Positions 27,577 to 37,715 are shown, counted from the stretch's first letter. The stretch is DNA of 64,000 nt from an uncultured Acidimicrobiia bacterium (GCA_963720675.1 CAVRGH010000003.1:175503-239502), one strand, 5' to 3'. Numbers and translations are program-made. The notes: generated from the letters alone by a model not told the origin.

Positions 27577-28833
27577 ATGACCGTCGCCGACCTGCTCTCG
27601 GGGCTCCTCGGCCCCGATGTCCCGATCGCGTTCCGCGCGTACGACGGATCCAGCTTCGGCCCACCCGACGCGAAGACGACGGTCGTCTTCCGGTCGCCCG
27701 ACGCGCTGCGCCGCATCGTGACGGCACCCGGCGAGCTGGGGTTCGCACGGGCGTACGTCGCCGGCGACTTCGACGTCGAGGGCGACATCTTCGGGATCCT
27801 GGCCCTCCGCAGCAACCTCGACGAGCTGAAGTTCCGGCCTCGTGACGCGGCGCGGGCCTTGCGGCTGCTCGGCGTCCGGAACCTCCGTCCGCTCCCGCCG
27901 CCTCCCGAGGAGGCGCGGCTGCGAGGCCGCGCACACTCGAAGGAGCGCGACGCCGCCGCAGTCGCGTATCACTACGACGTCTCGAACGAGTTCTACGAGA
28001 TGATCCTCGGACCATCGATGACGTACTCGTGCGCGGTCTGGACCGACGACGCTCGCACCCTCGAGGAGGCGCAGGCCAACAAGCACGAGCTGGTGAGCAA
28101 GAAGCTCGGGCTCCAGCCGGGCATGCGGCTCCTCGACATCGGCTGCGGGTGGGGCGGCATGGTCATGCACGCGGCGCGCGAGCACGGCGTGGAGGCGGTC
28201 GGCGTCACGCTCTCGAAGCCCCAGGCCGAGCTCGCGGCCGAGCGCGTCGCCGCGGCGGGCCTCGAGGGGCTGGTCGAGATCCGCTTCGCCGACTACCGCG
28301 ACGTCGACGACGGTCCGTACGACGCGATCAGCTCGATCGGGATGTTCGAGCACGTCGGCCTCACGCAGCGCACCGAGTACTTCAGTCGCTGCTACGAGCT
28401 GCTTCGTCCCGAAGGCCGGCTCCTCAACCACGCGATCTCACGACCCGCGCACGTCACGCTGCCGAAGCCGAGCAGGCTGCGCCCGCGGCGGCTCCCTCCG
28501 GGCTTCGCCGAGCGATACATCTTCCCCGACGGCGAATCGCACGAGATCGGGAGCGTCATCTCCGCCATCCAGGACGTCGGCTTCGAGGCGCGCCACATGG
28601 AGAGCCTGCGCGAGCACTACGCGCTCACGCTGCGTCGCTGGGTCGCGAACCTCGAGGCCGGTTGGGCGGACGCCGTCGCCGACGTGGGGGAGACCCGGGC
28701 CCGGATCTGGCGCCTCTACCTGGCGATTGCCGCGAGTCTCTTCGAGGACCACAGCGACGAGGTGCACCAGGTGCTGGCAACCAAGACGACCGACGGGGCG
28801 AGCGGGATGGAGCTGCGACCCGACTTCGCGTGA
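27577..28833 (+). CDS. cyclopropane-fatty-acyl-phospholipid synthase family methyltransferase
   Basis: ATG 27577 follows a GGAG Shine-Dalgarno. The sequence contains AHYDVSNEFYEMILGPSMTYSCAVW, the SAM motif LLDIGCGWGG and ISSIGMFEHVG. Confidence 0.9.
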   Translation: MTVADLLSGLLGPDVPIAFRAYDGSSFGPPDAKTTVVFRSPDALRRIVTAPGELGFARAYVAGDFDVEGDIFGILALRSNLDELKFRPRDAARALRLLGVRNLRPLPPPPEEARLRGRAHSKERDAAAVAYHYDVSNEFYEMILGPSMTYSCAVWTDDARTLEEAQANKHELVSKKLGLQPGMRLLDIGCGWGGMVMHAAREHGVEAVGVTLSKPQAELAAERVAAAGLEGLVEIRFADYRDVDDGPYDAISSIGMFEHVGLTQRTEYFSRCYELLRPEGRLLNHAISRPAHVTLPKPSRLRPRRLPPGFAERYIFPDGESHEIGSVISAIQDVGFEARHMESLREHYALTLRRWVANLEAGWADAVADVGETRARIWRLYLAIAASLFEDHSDEVHQVLATKTTDGASGMELRPDFA

Positions 28834-28843
28834 TGGTGGCCGG

Positions 28844-29110
28844 TCAGGATCCCGGCACGGTCACGACGACCCGTTGGACGGCGTTGTTGGTATAGCCGCC
28901 GACGTTCCATCCCGGATCGAGGGGTTGGACGGTGCCGGTCGCGTCCGTCGCGTCGACACGCGAGCTCGTGTTCACCCGCTCGCGCGTCCCATGCGAACGA
29001 CCAGGCCTGCCAGGCGGCGGACCCGAGCGCGGGAGGATCCACCGTCGCCGGAAGCCACGACGCGCCGCCGTCGTCGCTCACCTCGACGGGCGAGCTGGAG
29101 CTCTTCACGC
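28844..29110 (-). pseudogene. remnant of a sulfite-oxidase-type molybdopterin oxidoreductase (C-terminal dimerisation domain only, one frame disruption)
   Basis: The reverse strand reads ...PVEVSDDGGASWLPATVDPPALGSAAWQAWSFAWDARAGEHELACR. After removing one base near 28955 it continues ATDATGTVQPLDPGWNVGGYTNNAVQRVVVTVPGS with a stop at 28844-28846. No Moco-binding N-terminal part is present; the PLC-like gene occupies that position on the other strand. Confidence 0.6.
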
Positions 29111-29136
29111 GAGATGCCGTCGGCGACCACGCCGCG

Positions 29137-30303
29137 ATGTTCGGGGCACGCCGCAACGGGCTCGCGGCGCTCGCCTTCGGGCGCGCGGGGCGCCGTCGGG
29201 CCCGCGTGCGTACCCTGGAGCCGTGGCAGCCCGCATGGGCAAGGGCCCTGGCGTGGAGCACCGTCGTCGTGCTCATGATCGTCGGCACCGGTCTCGGTGC
29301 CTCGGCGTCCCTCGGGCGCAAGGACCCCTACCCGCACGACCGCGAGCTCACGCTGTCCGACGTGCAGATGCTCGGGACGCACAACAGCTACCACGTGCGA
29401 CCGGATCGCGACCTGATCCCGAACGAACCTGCTGACTACGAGCACCCACCACTCGACGTGCAGCTCGGCAAGGAAGGCATCCGCAGCCTCGAGCTCGACG
29501 CGTTCGACGGTCCGACCTTCCCGGTGATGCACTCGCTCCTCGTCGACGAGGGCTCGACGTGCCCGACGCTCGCGGAGTGCCTGGCGACGGTGCAACGGTG
29601 GTCGCGGATGAACCCGGGGCACCTGCCGCTCATCCTGTTCGTGGAGCCCAAGGCGCTGCCCGTCAACGCGGACCCGGGCATCCAGGCGGCGCTCGACCAG
29701 GTCGTCGCCGATCGCGGCCTCGCGACCTGGGACGCGGCCGCCCTCGACCGGCTCGACGCCCTGCTGCACAAGACGTTCGGGCGGTCGCTGATCACGCCCG
29801 ACGAGGTGCGCGGCAAGCGACCCACGTTGCGCACTGCGATCACGAAGGACGGCTGGCCGACGCTCGCCGCGACGCGAGGCCGGGTGCTCGTCGTGCTCGG
29901 ATCCACCGCCGCCGAGCGCGACCTCTACCTGACCGGAGCGCCGTCGCTGCAGGGCCGCGCGATGTTCGTCCCCTCCAACGTCGCGGACCCGTATGCGGCG
30001 ATCATCAAGCGTGACGTGCCGCTCCCCAACGCGTTCCCCCGGATCGTGCAACGGAACTTCTTGGTGAAGACCCGCGCGGACGCCGACGGCGTGGAGGCCC
30101 GAGCCGGCGACCTCACGCGTGCGACGACCGCGCTCGCGAGCGGCGCAACCGTCGTCGCGACCGACTACCCGGTGGCGGACCCGAAGATCGGTGCGTACCT
30201 GGTCGATCTGCCGGGGACGGCAGTTGCGCGCTGCAACCCGGTGACCGCGCCGAAGTGGTGCCGGGACCGCGACCTCGAGAACGCCAGCGGCATGCACGGC
30301 TGA
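29137..30303 (+). CDS. PI-PLC X-domain-like (Ca-dependent phosphoinositide phospholipase C-like) phosphodiesterase, membrane-anchored/secreted
   Basis: It has an N-terminal TM/signal segment (ALAWSTVVVLMIVGTGLGA). This is followed by LSDVQMLGTHNSYHV, LELDAF, FLVKTRADADG and ASGATVVATDYP. Confidence 0.75.
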   Translation: MFGARRNGLAALAFGRAGRRRARVRTLEPWQPAWARALAWSTVVVLMIVGTGLGASASLGRKDPYPHDRELTLSDVQMLGTHNSYHVRPDRDLIPNEPADYEHPPLDVQLGKEGIRSLELDAFDGPTFPVMHSLLVDEGSTCPTLAECLATVQRWSRMNPGHLPLILFVEPKALPVNADPGIQAALDQVVADRGLATWDAAALDRLDALLHKTFGRSLITPDEVRGKRPTLRTAITKDGWPTLAATRGRVLVVLGSTAAERDLYLTGAPSLQGRAMFVPSNVADPYAAIIKRDVPLPNAFPRIVQRNFLVKTRADADGVEARAGDLTRATTALASGATVVATDYPVADPKIGAYLVDLPGTAVARCNPVTAPKWCRDRDLENASGMHG

Positions 30304-30355
30304 ACACGCTTCGCAATCTGTCCCGAATCGCGGATCCGGGACCGGGCGTCGAGGC

Positions 30356-30927
30356 TCAGGATGCGCCCGCGACGTGCTTGAGCTGGCGTTCGATCAGCAC
30401 CGGCCACTCGCCGGCCGCGTTGAGCTGGGTGATCGGGCCGGGCACGTCGCCGTCGAAGTCGTCGCGGGCCTTGACCACCCAGATCTGCTCGTCGAGCGTC
30501 CGCGGGTCGGCGGCGTACTCGACCGGCGGCGGTGTGTACACGATCACCGTCACCTGGTGCGGCCCGCGGTTCACGTAGACCTGGAACACGTCCTCGCTCG
30601 CGCAGACCCAGAGCGCTTCGATCGGGAGCAGACCGTGGTCCTCGTTCGGCATCGCAGTGTCGAGCGCCTTCACGATCCCGGCCCGCAGCACGAGGTCGAC
30701 GTGCTTGTCCGTCCACCAGCTGCCGAGCCAGTGCTTCTTGAAGTGCGCGACGTCGGCCTTCGCGAGGCCGCCCTCCCTCCGCGCTGCTCGGCGAGCTCCG
30801 CCAGGCTCGCCGAGCCCGACAGCCGCTCACGAGCGGTCTCGTACGCCTGCTGGTCGGAGCCGTCGAACTGGTCGAGGACGCCGAACTGGGTCCCCTTTCC
30901 GACGTAGTACACGGGCATCGGTGGCAT
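30356..30927 (-). pseudogene. hypothetical protein, 1-nt frame disruption near 30775
   Basis: ORF 30670..30927 (MPPMPVYYVGKGTQFGVLDQF...LAELAEQRGG) joins ORF 30356..30691 through EGGLAKADVAHFKKHWLGSWWTDKHVDLVLRAGIVKALD... if one base is added in the G-rich run. No family was recognised. Confidence 0.55.
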
Positions 30928-30990
30928 GGTTTCCTCCTACCTGGATGGACGGGTCGTGGTGACGATCGTTCCGATCGTCACCGGGTTCGG

Positions 30991-33900
30991 TCATGACGGG
31001 CACACCGCGAACAGCCGTTGCGGCTCGGAGATCCCCTTGAGCTGGAACAGCCCGCGGTCCTCGAAGCGGGACCCGGTCGATCCCGTTCCCAACACCTGGA
31101 CGACTTCGGACACCAGGGTCTCGCCGGGCGGGGCCGCCGCACAGGTCCTCGCTGCGAGGTTGACGGCGCTGCCGTGCACGCCCGTGCCCGCGCGGATCAC
31201 CTCTCCCGCGTGGATCCCGACGTGGAGCTGGAGTCCGACCGAGGAGGCGTGCGCGTGCGCGGCGTCCGCGGCATCGATCGACGCGCGCACCGACGAGAAC
31301 ACGGCGAGCAGCCCGTCACCGGGGCGGATGCCCTCGATCGTGGAGCCGCCGAGGTCCTCGATCGCCGTGCGCACGCGGGCGTCGAGGGCCTGCTGGGTCT
31401 GGAGGTACGCGAGATCACCGAGCTGCTCCGTGAGCCGGGTGGAGTCGACGACGTCGGTGAAGAGGAGGATGGCGGTGCTGCGCTCCGGGAGGCCCGGGGG
31501 CGCAGCCGGGGGCGTCGGCGCCGGCGGGAGCTCGTACCCGCACGTCGTGGCGACGTCGAGCGCTTCGTGCGCCAGGGAGGGCATCGACAGCTCGTCGAAG
31601 GTGCGCGCCGCGGCGCGGCGAGCTCGAGTGCCCGCGCCTCGTCGTGTTCGACGACCAGGCGGGCGGCCCCCAGCTGGGCGCGAGCCAGCTCCGGACGCGC
31701 GCCGATCGCGCGTGCGGTCGCGATCGCTTCGTCGTAGAGGGTCGCCGCAGTCTGGAGGTGTCCACTGCGGGCAGCGAGCTCGGCGCGCAACCGGGTGACG
31801 AGCGTCACCAGGCCCTCGGTGAGCACCATCCCGCCGTCGGCCGCATCCTCGAGCCCGCGTCCGAGCGCGTCGGCGTCGACGGGCAGCCCGCTGGCGTGCG
31901 CGAGGTCGAGGAGGGCGGCGACCCGCTGGACGGTGCCGAGCGCGACGGGCCAGTGATCGCCGGGTCGCGCCTGCCGCTCGTGCAAGGCATCCTCGACCGC
32001 GGCGACTTTTCCGTCCCCGGCGTCGATCGCCAGATCGATCAGGGTCATGGTGTCGTGGCCGAGGGCGTGGTCGAGCTCGGTCATGGTCGACGCCCAGCTC
32101 TCGAGCGCGGAGCGGGCGCCGATGGAGTCGCACTGGAGCAAGCGAGCCCACGCCAGGCCCGGGAAGAACAACGAGGCGCTCCACGAGTAGGACGAGACGC
32201 GGATCGCGGCCCATGCGGCCTCGGCGTGGTCCTCGGCCGCGGCGAGGTCACCCCGTGCGAGCGCGACGCCGACGCGGGCGGCGAGGGCCAGGCTCTGCTC
32301 GCCCCAGTCGTGGGTCTCCTCGGCCCCGTCCGCCGCGTCCCGTGCGTATCGGTCCGCCTCGTCGAGCTCACCCATCCAGAGCAGGGTCAGCGCGAGCCGG
32401 GGGAGCGGCAGGTTGGCGAGCCACGGGTCGCCGGCCGCACTCGCCGCGCGCGCGGCCTCGCGGAGACACGCGAGCGCACCGTGGAGGTCGAGGTCGAGCC
32501 ACCGGGCTTGGGCTCGGGCCATGTGGGCGCGCGCCTCGGCCTCAGGGTCCGCGTCGACGGCCACGATCGCGAGCGCCCGCTCGGCGTACGCCTCGGCGGC
32601 GCGCGTGCGACCCTGGGGCCACGACGCTTCCGCGAGCTGGGACAGCGCGCGCGCAGCGAGCACCGGGTCGATCGCCTCGAGCTCCGGGACCAGTGCGTCC
32701 AGGGGCTCGAGCTCGACCGGTTGCCCGAACGTGCCCCAGGAGACCTCGGCATGGAGGAGCCCTGCCAACGCGGCGCGCTTCGCCTCGGACGTCGCCGGCG
32801 CGGCGGAACCCGTCGGCGGCCCGGGCGAAGCGCTCCCGGCCCGGGCCAGGGTCCATGTTGCGGCAGTGCGCGTCTCCGGCTCGGCGGTGCAGGTCGGCGA
32901 TCACCTCGGGCGCAGCACCCGCGCGCGCTTCGGCGGTCGCAGCGGCGTCGAAGTCGCGCGCCGCCTCACCCCACGCCGCGAGCTGCCACGCGCGCTCGCC
33001 ACCGAGCACGCACGCCCGGGCCACCTCCGCGGGCGGCGCCTCGGCGCCGGACTGCGCATAGTGGAAGGCGACGGCCAGCGACTGCTCCCCGCGCTCCGCC
33101 GCGGACTCGGCCAGCACGCGGGCAGCCGCGAGGTGGATGCCCTCGCGTTCGGCGTCCGACAGCACGCCGAGGAGCACTCGGGCGAACACCGGATGCGCGA
33201 ACACGTACCCGTCGCCTTCCCGGGTCACGACGTGCGCGGTCACCGCGGCCCGCAGGGCTCGATCGGCCGCTTCGGGATCGCAGTTGCACAGGCGCGCGAG
33301 CACGGTGGTTCGGAACGGCTCACCGATCACCGCGGCCGTCGCGAGGACGCGGCGATCCGCGTCGTCGAGCCGGTCGATGCGGGCTCGAGCTGCGTCGCTC
33401 AGATCGTGGGGGAGCGGGAGGTCGAGGAGCAGATCGGTCGCGACCAGCTGGCCACCCTCGTCCCGCAGGGCGCCGCGCGAGAGGTACTCGACCGCCGCCT
33501 CGACCAGCAGTGGGTTCCCGTGCGTCGTCCGCACCACGAGATCGACGAGCTGCCGGGACGGGTGCTCGAGGCCGAGTGAGCGCAGGAGCTCCGCGGTCTC
33601 CCGTTCGCCCAGGCCACGAACCGCGAGGGCGTGCACGATCTCCTCCCGCTCGAGCCGGGCGAGGTGTCGGCCGAGCGGCGTGTCGGGCTCGGTCCGATGG
33701 GTCGCCGCGAGGAGGATGGGCACCTCGGCCCGCACCGCGGCATCCGCCATCTCCTGGCCGACGTGCACGAACAGATCGGCCGAGGGCCCGTCGGCCCATT
33801 GGAGATCGTCGACGGTCACCAGGAGCGGCCGGCGGCGGGCCAACGCGGAGGCCGCGCGGGCGACCGAGCGGAACAACCAGAGCTGCTCCCGGGCCGCGGC

Positions 33901-34290
33901 CGCGCCGCCGGCCGCGGGGTCGGGCACGCTGCGGTCGAGCGAGCTCGCGATCACCGCCGCGGCCTCGGCGAGCGTGGGCTCCGCGCGTGCCGCGTCGAGG
34001 AGCCGGGGGAACAGGGTGCCCTCGAACGGGTGATAGGGCAGGTCGACGTGCTCCAGGCATCGTCCCGTGAGCACCTCGAAGCCCCGGTCGCTCGCGAGTT
34101 GCTGGAGGCGGCGGAGCAGTCGCGTCTTGCCGATTCCGGCGTCGCCCGAGATGAGCACGACGCGCGGCAAGCCGCGCCGGGCCGCGCCGAGGGCACGCTC
34201 GAGGGTCGCGAGCTCGGGCGCCCGCGCAACGAACGGCCGTGCGTCGAGAGGTCGGGCTCGGCGGATCGGCTCGGTGTTCAGGCTCTCCAT
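30991..34290 (-). pseudogene. STAND (AAA_16-type) NTPase - TPR-like helical repeats - C-terminal class III nucleotidyl cyclase, 2 frame disruptions (~32770, ~31615)
   Basis: ORF 32542..34290 has Walker A VLISGDAGIGKTRLL and Walker B LLVTVDDLQWAD. ORF 31197..32768 is a long Ala/Leu-rich helical repeat region. ORF 30991..32214 ends in the cyclase domain, LLFTDVVDSTRL...PGDGLLAVF...HGSAVNLAAR...FQLKGI. The three frames abut with no other coding candidate. Confidence 0.8.
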
Positions 34291-34425
34291 CTCCCCGCGA
34301 CCCCCCCGCCCAGTGGAATCGTGGGCACCACGGTACGGGGGTCGGCCCCGACGGTCCAGACCGTCGTCCGAGCTCGGGGGCGTCGTGGCCCGCCGGGGGC
34401 GCGGAAGGTCAGTCGGCCGGTGATG

Positions 34426-35271
34426 TCAGGAGTCCGCCGCGACGGTCTCGCGCATCCAGTCCTCGACCTCGTCTTCGTCGGTGTCATCGCCCAACGGGCC
34501 GGGCGAGAACCAACCGAGCAGGAACAGGCCCACGGTCGGGACCAGGAGGAGCGGGATCCACACCGAGCCGCTCGGGCTGACGAGCAGGAGCAGCGAGAGG
34601 AAGAGGGTGAGCGTCACGCCGACGCCGACCCCGACGAGCGCGAACCGCAGGCCTCGCCGCCAGCGGTTGCGCGGCAGCTTGCGGCGCCCGACCGCGATCC
34701 AGATCACCGTGATGCTCGCCACGGTCACGACGGCGACGATGAGCGCGAAGAGGCTCACCAGCGACGTGGCCGATCCGCGCACGTCGACCGTGAAGTTCCG
34801 CGACGCCAGCTCGGCGCGGTCGGGATCGATGAGGCGAATGGCGGCGGGGAGGAGCCCGTTCGCCTGTTGACCCAGGTCGACGAACTCGACCGGCACGTCG
34901 ACCTTGGTGCGCTCGCCCGGAGCGATCTGGGCGTTGATGGTCACGTCGTAGGCGAGCAGGGTGATCCCGAACGCCTTGCCCCGGATCTGCACCTGACGGA
35001 CGGTGAGCGGGGCGAGGGTCGTGTTCAGCATCGACAGCGACAGCATCGACACCTTGTCGGGGTCGAGCACGATCGGATCGCCGGACGACGAGAGGCCGAG
35101 TCGCTGCCCGTCGAGCGCGGCACTGAACGCGACCGAGGGTCGGGCTGCGGCGCGCGTCGAGGCGGCACCGACCGGCGCGGCCAGGACGAACGCGAGCCCC
35201 GCGAGCGCACCGAGCACGACGCAGCACGTGGCCGCGACGAGACGCGAGCGACGCGGGTGTCGGTTGGCCAT
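34426..35271 (-). CDS. membrane protein: signal peptide + ~150-aa extracytoplasmic domain + 3-4 TM helices + acidic tail (paralog of the kinase-linked sensor module)
   Basis: 281 aa. The segment IRLIDPDRAELASRNFTVDVRGSA followed by TM helices aligns with LRFLDRNKDELRTAEFRLDADRAA followed by TM helices in the upstream gene. Confidence 0.75.
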   Translation of the reverse strand: MANRHPRRSRLVAATCCVVLGALAGLAFVLAAPVGAASTRAAARPSVAFSAALDGQRLGLSSSGDPIVLDPDKVSMLSLSMLNTTLAPLTVRQVQIRGKAFGITLLAYDVTINAQIAPGERTKVDVPVEFVDLGQQANGLLPAAIRLIDPDRAELASRNFTVDVRGSATSLVSLFALIVAVVTVASITVIWIAVGRRKLPRNRWRRGLRFALVGVGVGVTLTLFLSLLLLVSPSGSVWIPLLLVPTVGLFLLGWFSPGPLGDDTDEDEVEDWMRETVAADS

Positions 35272-35274
35272 GGT

Positions 35275-37715
35275 TCAGTCCTCCGAGTCCGAGTCGGAGG
35301 TTTCGTCGTCCGGCTCGTCGTCGGGTGCCGGTGCTTTGCCGCCGGAGATGCGGGTTTCGCGGGCTTCGGGGGACTCGGGTGCTTTGCCGCCGGAGATGCG
35401 GGTTTCGCGGGCTTCGGGGGACTCGGGTGCTTTGCCGCCGGAGATGCGGGTTTCGCGGGCTTCGGGGGACTCGGGTGCTTTGCCGCCGGAGATGCGGGTT
35501 TCGCGGGCTTCGGGGGACTCGGGTGCTTTGCCGCCGGAGATGCGGGTTCGTGGGCGGCGGCGGTGGCGTCGGGGTCTTGCCGCCGGAGATGCGGGTTTCG
35601 TGGGCGGCGGCGGTGGCGTCGGGTGTCTTGCCGCCGGAGATGCGGGTTTCGTGGGCGGCGGCGGTGGCGTCGGGTGTCTTGCCGCCGGAGATGCGGGTTT
35701 CGTGGGCGGCGGCGGTGGCGTCGGGTGTCTTGCCGCCGGAGATGCGGGTCTCGTGCGCGGCAGGCGACCCGGCATCGGCGGCGTGGACGCGCGCCGGTGC
35801 AGCGGGGACGCCGGCGACGACAGGCTCGAGATCTTCGGGCGCGGCGCGACGCGCTTGCGCGAGCGCGAGACGGCGCCGACGGCCGGAGATGAGCACGGCG
35901 CGCGCGATCGCGAGGAACGCGCCGACACCGAGCAGGACCCCGGCGAGCATCGTCGGCCAGGTCGGCTGGGGGCCTCCGAGCGCCCAGACGACGTCGACGA
36001 TCGCGGCACCCGCGACGCCGCCGAGGATGCCCATGCCGATGAACGCCGAGGTGCGCTGACGGCCGCGGCGCAGCGGCAAGGTGAGCGACCAGCCGTAGGT
36101 GATGATGAACGCGAGCACGAGGAGACCGATGAGCCCGTTCGCCGCGAGCACCGCCGCCCGGTCCGCGTCGAGGCGGAACTCCGCGGTCCGCAGCTCGTCC
36201 TTGTTGCGGTCGAGGAATCGGAGCTCACCCGTGGCCTTGCCGGCCAGGAGGATCCGGACTCGCTGCGCATCGATGTGCGCCCGGAACCCGCCGCTGCCGT
36301 CGGGCGTCAGCACGGCCGACCGCGACGGCGGCAGCTGCAGACCGAGGGCCGAGAAGCCGAGTCGCACGTACCGGGCGTCCTGGGTGCCTGCGGGGAGGTT
36401 CTGCAGTCGTACCGGGACGTCCTCCGAGAGGTTGACGTCGACCGTCCGGTCGGTGCTGATGTCGACGCCGGCGACACGCACGGTTCCCGAGCGGAGCCCG
36501 TTCGCCGCCGGCTCGGCGTCTCCGATCCCGAGGACGCTCACCAGGGCGAGCAGCACGACCAGGAGGCTCGCGAGCGCGAACGCGAGGCGCGGCGGCTTCG
36601 GCGGCTTGATGAGGTCGTCGACGCGGACGAGGTCTTCGGGCCGTAGCTCGTCGATGCGCACCCCGCCCCGGGGCACCGCCGTCGCGCGCATCCGCAGCGG
36701 CGGGTCCAGCGGGACCGGTGCGCCCTGGCCGGCGATCATCGTCTCGCGGCCCGTCGCGCTCGGCGCGCCGGCGCCGGCCGACGCCGGCCTGCGTGGCCGG
36801 TCCGGCGGCGATGGTGATCGGTCCCGGTGCCACGAGGGTGATGTCGGCCTGGCCCAGCCAGCCGGTACCGAACGACTCGGTGGCGGCCTCGGCGAGCGCG
36901 ATGCCGAACGCTTCGGCGCTCGCGTACCGATCGTCGGGGTCGCGCACGACGGCGCGCATCGTCACCTCGGCGAGCGGGATCGGCACGTTCGGGGCGACGT
37001 CGAACAGCTGCTGGGGCTCCTCGTGGACGCGACGTTCCAGCACCTCGAACGATCCGCCGTCGAGCGAGAAGGGGAGCGACCCGGACAGGAGCTCGTAGAG
37101 CACCGTGCCGGTCGCGTACACGTCGGCGGGCGGACCGCACGAGCGACCTTCGGCCTGCTCGGGCGCCATGTATGCGGGAGTGCCGATGACCGCGCCATCG
37201 ACCGTGGTGACGGTCTCCTCGCCGCCGAAGACCTGGGCGATGCCGAAGTCGGTGATCTTGAGCGTGTGGTCGGCCGCGAACATGAGGTTCTCGGGCTTCA
37301 CGTCACGGTGGAGCACGCCCCGCTCGTGCGCGAACTGGAGACCGGCGCAGGTGGCGAGCACCGCGGTGCACGCGGTCGCCATGGTGATCCCCTCACCGGT
37401 GAAGCGGTCCCAGAGCGTGCCGCCCGGGAGCGCTTCCATCACGAGCAGACAGAGGCCCTCGCGCTCGACGTAGTCGTACACCGGCACGATGTGCGGGTGC
37501 GCGAGGGCAGCGAGCGTGCGCGCCTCCTGGCCGAAGCGGTGGCGCACGTCTTCGTCGGCGGCGAACGCGGCCGGCAGCTGCTTGATGGCGACGTCACGCT
37601 CGAGCTGGCGGTGATGCCCGGCCAGCACCACGCCCATCGCGCCGCGCCCGAGCTCGCCGCCGACCTCGTAGCTCGGAAGCGCGTTCTGAACTGGCGTCAG
37701 GGTGACCTGGACCAT
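35275..37715 (-). pseudogene. Hanks-type Ser/Thr protein kinase apparently continuous with a 4-TM sensor and a repeat-rich C-terminal tail (frame disruptions ~36775, ~35574, ~35547)
   Basis: The kinase starts at ATG 37715. It has GELGRGAMGVV, VAIKQL, HRDVKPENL, ITDFGIA and YMAPEQ. After ...ITIAAGPATQAG its frame degenerates into 170 Arg-rich codons that overlap ORF 34484..36739. That ORF encodes linker, TM (LAFALASLLVVLLALVSVLGI), an extracytoplasmic domain, 3 TM helices and the repeats. The repeats finish in the frame of ORF 35275..36270 (...ISGGKAPAPDDEPDDETSDSDSED), whose stop lies 4 nt before the next gene's start. Confidence 0.75.
35331..35760 (-). repeat. coding tandem repeats: ~4.5 x 48 nt followed by ~4 x 51 nt, encoding 9 copies of ETRISGGK(T/A)P
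   Basis: The 48-nt unit is gtgctttgccgccggagatgcgggtttcgcgggcttcgggggactcgg (starts at 35331, 35379, 35427, 35475, 35523). The 51-nt unit is gtcttgccgccggagatgcgggtttcgtgggcggcggcggtggcgtcgggt. The hybrid junction unit lacks one T (35547-48) and one base at ~35574. Confidence 0.9.

Noticed and set aside
35331-35760. Possible CRISPR array (also considered for 42965..44129)
   Set aside because: The repeats are directly adjacent with no unique spacers. They are in frame within coding sequence and encode repeated peptide modules. No cas genes are present.
36225-36770. The Arg-rich C-terminal extension of the kinase ORF as a genuine disordered tail
   Set aside because: It overlaps, out of frame, a region that encodes a textbook juxtamembrane linker plus TM helix in another frame. 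Its composition matches shadow ORFs.
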